Shown here piece after piece: positions 39,759-53,429 of a stretch of 64,000 nt of DNA. How positions within the stretch are numbered: position 1 is the first letter of the stretch; each line of letters opens with the position of its first letter. The notes beneath the pieces were generated by a model that was not told where the DNA came from, ran no database searches, and saw nothing but the letters and a program-made list of their open reading frames with translations. The translations under genes and the position numbers were made by a program. Source of the DNA: Torpedo marmorata (Eukaryota); the NCBI GenBank assembly GCA_977017645.1, contig OZ360245.1, positions 21,638,001 through 21,702,000 on the forward strand, in the 5' to 3' direction.

Positions 39759-39970
39759 AGGGCGGCGTGGTTAGCATAACGCTGTTACAGCGCCAGTGAC
39801 CCGGGCCTATAAGGAGTTTGTACATTCTCCCCTTGTCTGTGCAGGTTTCCTCTGGGTGCTCCGGTTTCCTCCCACCCTTCAAAACGTAGCGGGGTGTAGG
39901 TCAATTAGGTGTAATTGGGCGGCAAGGGCTCGTGGACCGAAAGGGCCTGTTAACGTGCTATATGTCTAAA
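39759..39970 (+). mobile_element. tRNA-derived SINE (HE1-like)
   Basis: SINE family sequence. Confidence 0.85.
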
Positions 39971-40323
39971 TTTTAAAAAAATCTTCAAGATCATACAGTG
40001 ACTAGAACAATCATTTTCGACTTGAAAGGCACAAATTTAGATAGCTTCCCTCAAATGGCATCTTCCCTGAACTGTGCTGTCATGGAGCTAGAAGAAATAT
40101 TGACAGCCCGTCACTTTAAAACAGCTGCATGAGCAAAGGTTTCCAATGCTCATCTTACTGGAAAAAGCCAAACATGGAAAGCTAGTTGACAAGAACCAAT
40201 TTAAAAATGTTACAGTTGTTCCCAAATAAACTAAATAATTAAAAACTAGTGTTAAACCAAAGGCGTCCATTAACTTCTGATGGAGAATTATTTGAGTCCC
40301 AATTGAACATTTTCACTTCTCAC

Positions 40324-40475
40324 CTTTGCTCGGTTGTTTCTGGATGAGGATGCGTTTCGGTGCAACTCAGCCTCTGTGTCTTCATCGGAAGCTACACTAT
40401 CATAATCATGTTGATCATCACCAAAATCGCTGTCAGGACGGTCATTTTGGTTTCGTAAAAGGTAATCAATAGTTT
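40324..40475 (-). CDS. GIT1: GIT1 coding exon: (E)TIDYLLRNQNDRPDSDFGDDQHDYDSVASDEDTEAELHRNASSSRNNRAK
   Basis: Conserved DQHDYDSVASDEDT motif. Acceptor tgcag, donor gtgag; 152 nt. Confidence 0.93.
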
Positions 40476-42564
40476 CTGCATGAAGAGAGTTCAGCTTGAT
40501 ATTACCACTATATTTTGCTTGAGTTTAGGGAGCCAAGTTAATAATTACCCACAGATGCAAACATGAAAAGCTGACATCATTCTATTAAAAGTGCTAAGCC
40601 AACACCGCCACAGGGAGAAGAGGAAAACCCATTCCCGTCTTGCTCTTTCAAACAACCCTCAGGTTCCACAGGTTGAACAACATGTTAGTAACATCACATC
40701 TGGGGAAATTGTCTTGGTGAGTCTTAAGTACACATAGGATGCAAATACTGAAGGTTGCCAGCTTGCTTCTGAAGAAATTAAGAGAAATAACTCAGCAGGA
40801 GAAGATTTCAAGTCTGGCCAGAACTTACAGCCATATTAAAATGAAACCACAGATATGTTAATGTAAAGCTTAACTGCCAGAGAAAAAATATTTTTCCATA
40901 ACGATACCAGATAATAAAATATTTTATTTTTCAAACTATTTGATCAGTATGTAGAAGGGAAAAGTGCTAGAAATGAAAGCCATGTTAAAAAAATATAAAC
41001 ACTTAAAAGTTGGAAATGATATTGGATGTCTAAATTAAAAATCAATAAATAGATTTTCAGAAGCATTTAAAGATCTTTGATTCACAATCACACCATTCCA
41101 TTTCTCTCACAAATTTCTTGCAACAAAATTGAAGTCAGGGCAATATTTTGCAGTGGTCTGGGAACCATTTTTTTCTCAGCAGTTAAGCCAACTTCAAGAG
41201 TGCATTACTCCATTTTCTTTAAATAAGAATGCATTCATTGCTGATTCCTAATTTCCCTAAGCGATGGACTGGCTTCCCTGAACTCCTATATTCAAATCTA
41301 TATTAAGGGAAGCTCCAGGATTTAGGTCCAGCAAAAGCAAAAGAACAATGATACGGGTTCTAAAAAGGATGAGGGTCCAGTGGATTGCATATACAGTGCT
41401 TAAGTCAATAAGCTGGTGGTGGAGGTTGAATGTAAAAATTAATTGGTGCATGGCAGCATTAATTGAGTATAATATGGTGGTCTGGATTACTTGACTTTTT
41501 GAATGTGCTATTGGATCTATTGAGACAATTGGAGAGTATTCCAACGCTCACTTGATGGGCAGAAGCTTTGAGAGCTTGAGGTAAACTTGCATTATGATGA
41601 TTAATCTACCACTGGCTTTTTATATCATCAATATATGCAAACCACAGATCTGTTGCAATCAAACTATCTTTCTTTCATGACATTGCTAAGCCCTATTTCC
41701 CAACCGTGGATTCTACCAAAACAACAAAGCAGCTATGACGTGGGTAGTTTGTTCCTCCCCAAGCTACATCTTGTACTTGCTTAGACATGCATCACTGTTC
41801 ACATACTCTTACTGGACTTAAATCATGGAATGCTCCTAAGTAGAGCATTATTGAAATCCTAGGGTCTACTTTGTCATGTTTATCAAGCTTCCATTAATGG
41901 TGACCTCCTGCCACCCTTCTCAACCAGTCCCAAGATGCTGAAGGTGGAGTTTCTTTTCCTTGAGGAAGAAGGGCTATTCAGAACAACACCAGACATGACA
42001 ATGAAGAGGACATTACAAATTGTTTCAATAAACAACCTTTAGGAGAGCCAGCTGGAGGGGAATGGGAAGGTGACAGGTACATCTGGGTCGTGTTTATGGG
42101 GTTTAATAAGGACGTCTTTTTATACCTTGCTGATTGACACACTGCATGAACACACATGATGAGAGTACAGAAGACTGTCCCAGACACCAATTTCTCTGCC
42201 TGTGAAATATCACCAGTAGTTAAAATTTAGACATCACAAGAATCAGACTGGAACAATGGAATGTGCAATCACATTAATATTCGTAGGTCTCGCAGGATCT
42301 GTGATTTTTGCTGGGTATCAGATGCTGCGTTCTCTGACTGTTGTTTGCTATACAACAAAGAATGCCAGCCAGAGCTTTGCGGGGAGAGCAGGGTCATCAT
42401 CAGGGTGATTATAAGTTTTCCTATGCATATGATTTAGAGCAGAGTTTCTTTTTTAAATGGTCAAGCAAAATACCATCCTTCCATTTTGAGGAGGAAGCAA
42501 ATATTGTGAGGAGTGGGCTCGAATTAAAAATCCTTAAAATAAATTAACTTTATTTTCACAAGAT

Positions 42565-44615
42565 CACGATAAAGGAACAGAAGTAGGCCATTCAGCCCAT
42601 CGAGTCTGCTCCGCAACTCCACCCTGAGCTAAACTGTTCTCACATCTAATTCCAATTTCCGGCCTTTTCCCCATATCCCTTGATACCCTGACTAATTAGA
42701 TACCTATCAATCTCCTCCTTAAAATCCCCCAATGATCGGGCCTCCACAGCTGTATGTGGCAACGAATTCCACAAATTCACGACCCTCTGGCTAAAGAAAT
42801 TCCTCCTCATCTCGGTTCTAAATGGGTACCTTCTAATTCTAAGACTGTGCCCTCTTGTCCTGGATTCACCCACCAAGGGAAACATCTTATTCACATCTAC
42901 TCTGTCCAATCCTTTCAGCATTCAAAATGTTTCTATGAGATCCCCTCTCATTCTTCTATACTCCAATGAATACAGTCCAAGAGCTGCTAAACGTTCCTCA
43001 TATGTTAGCCCTTGCATTCCAGGAATCATCCTGGTAAATCTTCTCTGTACTCTCTCCAACATCATTATATCCCTTCTAAGATAAGGGGCCCAAAACTGCA
43101 CACAGTACTCCAAATGAGGTCTCACCAGTGCCCCATAGAGCCTCATCAACACCTCTTTACTCTTATACACTATTCCTCTTGAAATGAATGCCAACATAGC
43201 ATTTGCTTTCTTTACTGCCGATCCAACCTGGTGGTTAACCTTTAGGTTATCCTGCACGAGGACCCCCAAGTTCCTTTGCACTTCCGAATTTTGAATTTTC
43301 TCCCCATCCAAATAATAATCTGCCTGTTTATTTCCTCTTCCAAAATGTACAACTGTACATTTCTCAACATTGTATTGTTATGGACCATGACTGACCATTT
43401 GGACTGCGGACGGTCAGCAGGAAGGATGAAGTCTTTTGGAGTACACACTGGGACCTGGTACTGAAAGAGTTAACTTGCCCAGGACTTCTTGTACTCACAG
43501 AGAGAGAGACACCAGAGAGAGACAGACTGTGGAGAGATACTTTGTTGCACTTTTGCAAAAGCAGGTGCAAACCTCTGCAAAAAGCATTCAGATTCAGTTT
43601 TGGAGTTGCAAAGGCTGGAGAACACAGCAAAATCCAGGCTTGTACATCCCAGGGGAAAAGGCTGGGAGAATAGCACACGGCCTCCTGTATCAGCAAAATC
43701 CTGAGTTAAAAAACATACTTTTGTGAAGAACAGGCGTGAGATCAGCGAGACAGGCTGTGAGATCCAAGTACTCGCCTCAATCAGTGGTATACTGATGTGG
43801 AGTCGCAATCCTCGTGAATCTACCAAAAGGGAAAGTCATCAGAGAAGAAAAGCAGGCCAAGCATTCGTAAGCTTAAACAGTCATTGTCTCTCTCTCTCCA
43901 ACGTTCATTAAGAAGTCCTTCTTGCCAGCACACAGAGCTGAATTTGGACCCTGAACATAGAGAGTGAATTTTTGTGGACTGTATTTTTGGGACTGACTTA
44001 TTTTTATGACTGACCTGGGGGTTTTGGGGAAGGTTTTCCATTTTTACATGAGGGTTGGGCACAGACTGTAATGGTCTGGGCTTTACACACACACACTCTT
44101 TAGATAAGAATAGTGTTTATAGATGTTTATAGTGGGGTTAATTGTTGTGAAATGATATGCTTAATTGTCTTTAATAAATATAAATTTCAATTTTACCCCT
44201 TTTGCATTGCGTTTTCTGTCGTTGCTGGTTTGAATTTGTAACAGTATCTCATCTGCCATTTCTTTGCCCACTCTCCTAAGCTGTCCAAGTCTCTCTGCAA
44301 CCTTTCGATTTCTTCAACACTTCTTACTCCACCACCTATCTTGGTGTTATCGGCAAAGTTAGCCACAAAACCATTCAATCCATAATCTAAATCATCAATA
44401 TACATTGTAAAAAGAAGCGGCCCCAACAACGACCCTTGCGGAACACCACTAGTAACCGGCAACCAACCAGAACAGGATCCCTTTATTCCCATCCTTTGCT
44501 TCCTGCCTATCAGCCAATGCTCCACCCAATCTAATATCTTTCCTGTAATTCCATGGGCTCTCATAGCAGCCTCTTATGCGGCACCTTATCAAAGGCCTTT
44601 TGAAAATCCAAATGC
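42565..44615 (-). mobile_element. CR1 LINE RT fragment interrupted by a solo LTR
   Basis: Motifs SGVPQGSLLGPLLF, NFADNTK and LVRPHLEYCVQFW. Removing the LTR restores WAKKWQMRYNVEKC. Confidence 0.92.
43376..44243 (+). mobile_element. Solo LTR (868 bp) nested in CR1
   Basis: Termini TGTTA...TAACA, 4-bp TSD GTAT, AATAAA at about 44173. Confidence 0.88.
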
Positions 44616-45011
44616 ATGAATATATAGAATAAGCAACATCGACTCATTGATATACAGGTATTTTTAAACAGGCTGTTATTTGTATCTAAAGTTCATGTTA
44701 TTTCTACTAAATTGGGATGCAAGGAGAATACCGTTAAGACTACTATGGGGTTCCAGGTTGCTCATCCATTATTGTGCCAATGCTCCTTTACATCACCCAT
44801 AAATGATATATAAGAGATTTGAAGCAACTGAAGCAGACATATTAACATCTTGTGGCACTACAATGCATTGATGTATCTGAATTGATATTAAACTTGTTAT
44901 ACTAGAGGCAATTAAATCAATCTTTGAATAAATATTTCAAAACACCTAAACTGCAGAAGAAATACCAAACTACAACACTTGAAAATACTTAACAAAAAAA
45001 AATCTACTTAC

Positions 45012-45123
45012 CCGTCGGACTACCTAGTGTCTTTCCATGCTGCCTTCTCTTTGCATCGCTAAGAATGTCAATAATCAGGGTTGCAAACTCGCGGGCATTA
45101 AACCTGGCAAGTTTTTGTCGTCC
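45012..45123 (-). CDS. GIT1: GIT1 coding exon (SHD repeat 2): GRQKLARFNAREFATLIIDILSDAKRRQHGKTLGSPT
   Basis: GIT1 motif. Acceptor ttttcag, donor gtaagt; 112 nt. Confidence 0.95.
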
Positions 45124-47413
45124 CTGAAAAGAATAATGGTGAAAATAATGAATTTAATCAATGATTGAATGTGAAGATAGCCTCACAGAAGCTTTCTTCA
45201 GAAGCTTTCTTCTCTGCGAATGTTTTTTCTTGTCCCTTGCCTGGCCACAGTCTGCTGACCCACTTTCAAATAGTTTTTAAACCACACAGCCAAAGGAACC
45301 AATGATCACAGGGATCACTTGAACTCAGCTGGGGAAATATGCAAGGCGTGCCAACAAATGAGCCAATCAAAAGCCACTGAACTTTGAGATTTCAAAGCAG
45401 GAAAAAAATATTAAAAATTCTACAGAGACCACAGAACATGCCAAGGAATAAACTGTTTATTGTTTAAAAATAGACCAGATTTTCCCCTCATTTACAGTAT
45501 AATGCAGAAATAGGAACTCAGCCTGAATAGGAGTGAACAGAGCCACTGTAATCCTCTGCAGGTTATGCCGACCTGCTGCTTTTCATTATGTTAATTCAGA
45601 TCAAAACAGCAATGAGGCTGTTTTTCTCCATGTATCAATTTTTTTTCAAAATGACAAGTTTTAAAACCATTTTTAAAGATAGAAATCATTCTAATGGAAT
45701 GGTATTTAGTATAGTGAACTGCACAGAAACATGTAGATAAATGCAGTATCTGGTTGGAACTTATTTTGTTTCAAAGAATGAGCACGCACATGCACACACA
45801 TCAATAGGAAAAAGGGAATTCCAATCCCAACCCAATGCATTCAAATGGATTCATGACTGATAAATCTAATAGCTAGAGGGGACTATTCCAGTACTATCCT
45901 TTTACTGCAGCAACTAAGTTCTGAGAAGAGATGGTGCTTAGCTGATGAATCCAGCTTCTGTTGCGGGCTCATCTTATTGACTTGAACAATGAAGAGCTGT
46001 GCACAAGCTTGAACATATCATCCAGGCAAACTAATGTCCACTATCATGAGTAGAGAGTCCCTACTTTCCTCACCATTAAAGCATTTAGAATTATTTCTAA
46101 AGTGTCATGAATCATTGTAATTTCGGAGTTATATTTATGCAGTGAGCAGCTGGATATTCTCTGCTTTATAAACCCCCCGCCAGAGATGATACTTTGAGGC
46201 ATAATCAGAAAATATGGACAGATGCAGAAACAGTAGAAGTAATAACAAAAAGGGTGGACTAAAATGATGTCAGAGGAGGAAGTAATTAGAGAAATTAAGA
46301 GACAGAATGGCTGAAAGTCAGGAAATTCGGTAGTGTGGAAATTCTGGAGTCTGCCTAGCTGAAGACATGGTCAAATATAGCATGGAGTCAGTGAGGACAA
46401 GGTAAAGGGGGTAGTAGTATTTGGGATAAAACTAATATTAGACATGAGAAACTGATTATATATTAAAGATGAGCTGAGATTTACACAAGGAGATTGCCAA
46501 GTTAGCAAAAGAATTGAAAAGACTGAAGGTGCGAAAGGCATGGATGAGATTCATAAAAACAACTTGTTTTTCAAAAGCACTGATAACTTTCATTTTGAAA
46601 CTAATTCTAAGCAGGATGTAAAAAGCTATTGCATTTGTTGCTCTTCATTATTTATCTCTGCAAGACATTGCAACTTCCAATGTTTAAGAAACCATTTACT
46701 GAGAGTCATTTGTAAATGTTTAATCTTCACTGCCATTTCATTCAGAAGGAAGAATAATTTTGGAGGAAGGCATTCAGGTAGGCATTTAACTATTTAAAGC
46801 TGTCCATACTGTTTTTGAGATGCAGTTACTCATCCTGCTCCCAAACAATTGATGCTCCTTATGGCTGTGAAGTTGGCATGGCACTCTCACAGGCTACATG
46901 CGATTATAGTTTAGATAGGAAAAGTACCATTTATATTACTATCTTCTGAACTTCTGACCAGTGTTTTTATCTTCTCTGAAGGAAGCAGAAGATCATATGG
47001 CATGGCTTCATAGATGAGCTGAAGCCCCTAAGACAATGTTTATCATTCGTAGATAAACATTATCCCATTTGATCAGGGTGGTCTTTCCTAAGATGGATGC
47101 TTTTGCAATATGCATCAAAACTAAAAAAAAACTGGAAGCAATAGGTTTTTCCACTTCAGCCGACTTTCTAACAGGTTTACTGAGGCCAGTTGTAATCTGT
47201 CTACTGCATCACCAAATCACATTACAGTTTAGGCATCAAATCCATGATCTCAACCTAAATGTCTAAGTCATCAGTGTATTTATCCATAAAACCAGTTCTA
47301 TTTCAAACACAGATGGGTCTATTGCAACAACAGCAAAAAATATTTGCTGCGACTGCTTTTGCAAGTGACAAAATTAGTTAATCTATTGTGCATTAATCAC
47401 TACAGAGTTGTCA

Positions 47414-47444
<31 letters not shown>

Positions 47445-47680
47445 TCAGTTAGTTCAGAGCAAAGGCAACATTATTTTTACTTATGTGAAGTTCACTAAGG
47501 AGTCTGATTATGGTGGGAAAACTGATGAATCTGGCAGTGCATGATCTTGTACCTGTGAATCTTCTCAACAGGAGTTGAAGAGTGTGTGGCTGGGGTGGGA
47601 TGGGTCTTATGATGTTGGCTGCTCTTCCTTGGCAGCGGGAAGTGTGTAGATGGAGTTGATGGAAATAAGGTGGGAGGGGG
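47445..47680 (-). mobile_element. Rex1-like 3' fragment next to a (GA)n microsatellite (47414-47443)
   Basis: Reverse translation pieces RAANII / HPTPATHS / RFISFPTIIRLL resemble the Rex1 C-terminus. Confidence 0.5.
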
Positions 47681-48895
47681 AGGGTGAAAGAGGAGGTTTG
47701 TGAGATGCCATGAACTGAGTTCACAACTCTTTGGAACAGATAGCAAGCAAGATACCTCAAAATAGATTTTAAACAGTGATAACAACTACACATACATAGC
47801 ATAATTAATTTTGCATCATATCCCACCACCCTCTCTCAGAAATGAGGTTTGTTATCAGAGTCTTAACCTTCACCTTCCAAGATCCTCCTTTTCCATCCAC
47901 TCAAAACAATCTAAAGATTAGAATCTTGGAGCAGAACATAGCACAATAACTTTTGGTCTTTAATCACTAAATCTCTAGTTCTTTTGGAATTCTTTTTAAC
48001 GAAGTGAAATACAAACATGCTCTTGCACACTTGTAGGTTTTGTATTTCTTCTGAGTAGACCGCTTTAAGTGTCCCCAAGCCTGTTTTTCTTTGGAAGGAT
48101 AATCAAGTTCAAATATCTACATATTTTTGCAGTTATGTGGCAACTGAGGAGACTAAATCTCATGCTTTGAATTTTTGTGGTAAAGGCAGGCAGTCTATGA
48201 ACTGACGAAACAAATTTGTTTCCGTATATCTGTAGAAACGCTAAGGTCAAACGCACATTTTCTCATAGCCTCCTTCCTGCAAAGAATTCAGCAGCAACAG
48301 TTACACTACAATACAAAGTATGACTTGTTAGTTTATTTAAAAATGGATGTCAAACCCACTGAACATTTTAAAATTACATCGACTTGTGGCGGTAAATAAG
48401 GTGGGGAAAAACTACAGAATTAAGAGCTGGATAATAGGTTTCAGTGATGCCACCGAAACTAGACATTCAAAGATCAGGAACATTTTCATTAATAAAGTTC
48501 ATAATAACTACAGCTCAATGGTAGTGGTCATTATCACCAGAAACAAAGGCCTGTAGGTCAAGGAAAATTTCAGTACCATGCTTTCAGTTACTCTTAGAAA
48601 GAACAGCAGCAAAGGTGCTCAGCTAAGTCGAGATGCATGTAATCCAAAGATGGTGAGCTGGCTGTAAAATGTGGCTTTATTCCAGTGAGTTTATATACAG
48701 GAATATTACACAGTTTCAGGAGAGGGCCAAGTTGCAGATGATCACAAATTACATGAATTCAACCTCGCATCCGAACGGTCAGTATTACTGTGACGATGTG
48801 CTACAAGAATGAGTGTCTGTGAATAATGTCCTGGCTACAGTCTTCCTTTTCTCCTTTGCCTCAATTCATTCTAATGTCTAAATAGTGTTCTAGCA

Positions 48896-49139
48896 CAGCT
48901 ATGTAAAGGCCTGAAGCCTCCCCCACCCCCCCCCCCCACCCCCACCGGGGGCCACAGCACATTTAAGTAAAAGCCTTGTTTTCTTCATCTCACAAAACAT
49001 TAATATTTTTGTTTTTTATGTAGTCGGTAGGAGATAAGTATGGAAGAAACAAAAACGACTGCTTCACAGGGAAGGGGGCCCATAAACTTTGAGCAGAGTC
49101 GTGGGGAGGCCATAGATGAAAAAAGGTTGAGAATGGCTG
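48896..49139. mobile_element. hAT (Charlie-like) MITE, copy 2
   Basis: Right TIR GTTGAGAATGGCTG; near-perfect 8-bp TSD ttctagca/atctagca. Shares gggccacag..catttaagtaaaagccttgttttc and cgactgcttcacagggaagg with copy 1. Confidence 0.75.
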
Positions 49140-49239
49140 ATCTAGCATATGATATTTATAAACGATAACTTAACACACGTTAAATTGGGCAAATGCAAGC
49201 AAGAACATAATGAAATGAAAATCTTGTATTTCAACATAC

Positions 49240-49337
49240 CTGGTTTCTAGTTGCAGAATATTCAGGATTAACTGGGAGAAAGGGCACAGCACTGCGCTCG
49301 GTCACTAAAGTGCTATGGTTCTGGGTGGTCAGCCACA
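49240..49337 (-). CDS. GIT1: GIT1 coding exon: (V)WLTTQNHSTLVTERSAVPFLPVNPEYSATRNQ
   Basis: Near-identical to vertebrate GIT1. Acceptor ttgcag, donor gtatgt; 98 nt, phases fit both neighbours. Confidence 0.95.
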
Positions 49338-50942
49338 CTGCAAATACAGCACAAAAATAACATTAGTGAACATGACATTTTAATAACCATTTGAACGTTT
49401 CTGCGAGTAGCATGGACTTAATCAGACTGTACCAGAGAAAATGATATCTAGGCAATTCAGGCTTCAAGTGATATACTTTAAGTTACTCAGACTGTGATGA
49501 TCATTTAGATGTTAACATCTTGTGTTCACTTTATGACCAACAGTTTTTGTTTATCTAACACAACAAAAAAAAAAAAAGGTGTTTTTGGTTCAACAGGAAC
49601 AAGAAACACATTTTGTTTCACTTGGAGGTTGCTGTAGGTTGATGCTTGCTAGGATTGGATTGAATTGTTTAATAAAAACAGTAAACTGCAAAGACTGAAA
49701 GACTCGCATTCCAATTTTGATACCAGGCCTGCTGATGGGATAATAGCGATTCACTGAAGAGGAAAACATGTCTTTAGGGCCATTGGCCAGAAGCAAACCA
49801 TTCAGATCCCTTCACCATTTTAGCATCCTCTGCTGGTTACAAATATGAATTGCAGCAAATCAATTTCTCCATAATCAGAGTAAATGGGATCTGCCATTTT
49901 TTTTGGAGAAAGCAGCAAATCACTTGGTTATTGGTCTTCCCTGCAGCAAATGATGATTTATTGCTGCCAAAAATAAATGTCCAACATTGCGGCCCAGCTA
50001 CCAAAACCCAACTGAATCTGTAAAAAAAGTTATTTGCAATAAAGCAGTGCCAATTAACGGGTCTTTTCATAAAATTTCAGTCTAAAACTTGGCTATGTTC
50101 CACTTCCTTTAAGTTTTGTCCAGATCCACATTATGATGAACTTAAAATTTTTTAATGAAAAGTCATATCTATAGGATTTGAGTGAATTCTTGCATTTAAA
50201 AAAGCGGTGTATTAATACAAACTTTATTTTAAAAAAACATTTGGATTTTCAATCACAGGTATAATTATGAATTTCTATTCAGTCAGAAATAATTCTAGAA
50301 TGAAAGATACTTTGTTAACATATACAAAAGTAGCAAGAAAATTTATGTTCTGGGATGATAATGCAGAAATGCTCATATTTTCTTAAATTCACAGTTTAGT
50401 GCACCATAACAGAAAATTAGGGGGGGGGGGTGGCAGGGGAAGAGGAGAAAGATTTTCATGCTAATCAGCACCCACCTCAAACACAAATAATCACATATAT
50501 TCTGAAATAAAGACAAAATGATGGAATTGTTCAGTGGTCAGGTAAAATCTGTAGCCAAAAAGTAAACATTTCAGGTCTTTGACCTTCCAACTGAACTGAT
50601 TATCAACCTGAAATACTGCATCTGTTTCTCTCTCCACAGATGTTGCCTGTCATGTTGAGTAATTGGAGCATTTTGTTTTTATTTTAGCAACCCAGATTCA
50701 ATCCTGACCTCTGGTATTGTGTGAAGTTTGCATTGGTTTCCCCTGGTGCTCTGGATTTCCCTTACATGCAAGTTGGCAAGTAAATTGACTCTAGTGAGTG
50801 GGCAAGTGCTTGGGGAAATTGATTGGAATGTGGAGAGAAAAGCTTATAGGGATAATAAATGAGGGAATGGGAATGCTCTTTGATCCAACGCACTCAATGG
50901 ACATAGACAAGGTGAAAAGTCAGTCTTTTCCCCAGGCTAGTA

Positions 50943-51427
50943 CAGGTTGAACCGCTTTAATCCGGCGACGTTGGGACCTGGCCATTGCCGGACCACATAA
51001 AATGCCGGAAAACAGAAATTGACCCCTAAGGGAACCCCCCATGTAAACATATCAAAGGTAGAACAAAGCTTAAAACAGGAAATAATACTGTGGGGCGGCA
51101 CGGTTAGCACAACGCCTTTACAGTGCCAGCAATCGGGACGTTAGTACAAACTCCTTACAGACAGCGCAGGACTCGAACCCCTGTCCTGATCGCTGGCGCT
51201 GTAAAGGTTGAATCTGCCGCCGTTAGCACAAACTCCTTACAGACAGCGCGGGACTCGAACCCCAGTCCCGATCGCGGCAGATTTAACCTTTACAGTGCCA
51301 GCGATCGGGACCGGGGTTCGAGTCCCGTGCTGTCTAAGGAGTTTGTACTAATGTCGGCAGATTCAAAACATGCCGGACCACGGGAGTTGCCGGACCACAG
51401 AGCACCGGATAATAGAGGTTCAACCTG
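50943..51427. mobile_element. Tc1/pogo-type MITE carrying rearranged SINE 5' ends, inserted in a CR1 tail
   Basis: TIRs CAGGTTGAACC...ATCCGG / CCGGAT...GGTTCAACCTG, TA TSD; SINE heads in both orientations at 51091-51350. Confidence 0.82.
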
Positions 51428-52952
51428 TAGTGTCTAAAACTAGAAGGCATAGGTTTAAGGTGAGTGGGAAAAGATATGACAGGGACTTAAGTGGCAAATA
51501 TTTCCAAACAGAAGGAGACGATCATATGGAACGAGCTGCCAGAGAGAATGGTAGAGGCAGATACAACAGGCAAATAGGACTATCTCAGATGGGAAACTTG
51601 GTCGACATGGACGTTGGGCTGAAGGGTCTGTCTGTACTATGACTGTGAAAAAGCCTCCATCCAAGGCAACATCTTTAACAAATCTCTTCTGCACCCGCTA
51701 CCGTGCAATCACATCCTTCCTAAACAGTGATGACCAGAAATGCACACAATATTCCAGTTGTGGCCAAGCTTCTGGTTGCATTATTATACTGTAGCCTTCC
51801 TGCACTTGTATTCTATGCTCCAGAAAAATGAAGATAAGTACATTGATACCCAAACAGCCTCAAGGCTTAAGACACATGTATTATACATAGTATATCTTAA
51901 TCAGATTTTGGATGGTGTAAACTATATGAAGAGCATCTAACAATCTTTATCTGGATTGAAATATATAGTATGATCAGAATATAACCTCTCCAATCAGATG
52001 ACAGGTATATGCTTTTGCACTTTGTTCTTTTTACAATAATAAACCCTGTAACAGTCTTGCCATTTTTGGCTTGTCATTAGTCAATAAATGTACTACGTAA
52101 CCAAAATGAGTTCAAATATTCATAGAGACTCCAATTTGAATCAGATTTGACGTGGCTAGCAAGAATCTCCTGTCCCAACAGTTATAACAATATCGGTGTT
52201 AAAAACTTAGATGGCTGAAAGATCACCGCTCACTTCTCTCGTCATCTCTAGTGCACGGAGTATTGTTAGGTAAATAAAAAAAACGGTTAATTAAAATGGA
52301 TGATGCTTTCCAATAAAACATTACTGGGAAGAATTTCTTTGAGATATTGGAAATTCAGCAAAAAAACCATAATATTGGACAGCACACACTGATGCACATT
52401 GTTTCACGGAACTTTTGAACATCTGAGACGAGTGGAAAAAAAAGTTCTGAGTATGGATTTAGGGTATTAAAATAGATTAAAAATAGTTATTGAGGAAACA
52501 AAAACAATTTCTCAAGCATGATTGGATGTGGATGGTGGTTAGTACATCACTGATTTGGAAATTGAAGTATTCAAATTTAAACACAGGCCCTTCGCTCACC
52601 CTTGAATGGGGTCACCTAGACATCTCCTGTGAGTGATTGGATCTGGTGGTAATTTAGAGTTTAAATAACTAAGGATCAAAGGAAACTGCAAGGTAAATTG
52701 ACAATATGAAATATGTAAATTTGGGGCTGGAATTCAGTGTTATGGAACAGAATATTTAAAAATATATATTGGACCATTTTACAGTGGCTCATGAGTTGGA
52801 ACAAATGATCACTCATGGTTAACACAGGAGGGAGAAATATTATTTTAAAAAATGTTTCAGGAATGGACTGAGTATAATGGTTGAAACAGAATTTTGCAAC
52901 AAAAGAAAAAATGGTAACGGTGCAGGTATACAGATTAAGACTACCGCTGATT

Positions 52953-53195
52953 GGGCCGCATGGTTAGGGTAACGGTCAGCGCAACACTATTACAGTGCCA
53001 GCGACCTGGGTTCGAATCCGGTGCTGTCTGTAAGGAGTTTGTACGTTCACCCCGTGTCTGCATGGGTTTACTCCAGGTGCTCCGATTTCTCCCCACCGTC
53101 AAAAATGTACGCAGGTTGTAGGTTGATTGGGGTATTTGAGCGGCACGGGCTCGTGGGATAGAAGGGCCTGTTACCGTGTTGCATGTCTAAATTAA
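52953..53195 (+). mobile_element. tRNA-derived SINE (HE1-like)
   Basis: Full-length family member with B box ggttcgaatcc. Confidence 0.88.
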
Positions 53196-53429
53196 AGTTT
53201 AATTAAATTAAATAGCAGTAATATAGCTTAGGTGAGTTGCAAAAACCCATTTCCATGTCTCAAATATGCATTTTTATGTAAATAGAAGAACCCACAGGAA
53301 AAATTTCAGAACTCAATGCAGATTTCATTTTTGTTTTGCAACTGGGTTTGCCGCCTACCAGCATTTGTGATTTTGGCATGGACAAATCTCTGCAGAATGC
53401 TTCATTGTTTTAAACTGTATTGCATTTCA

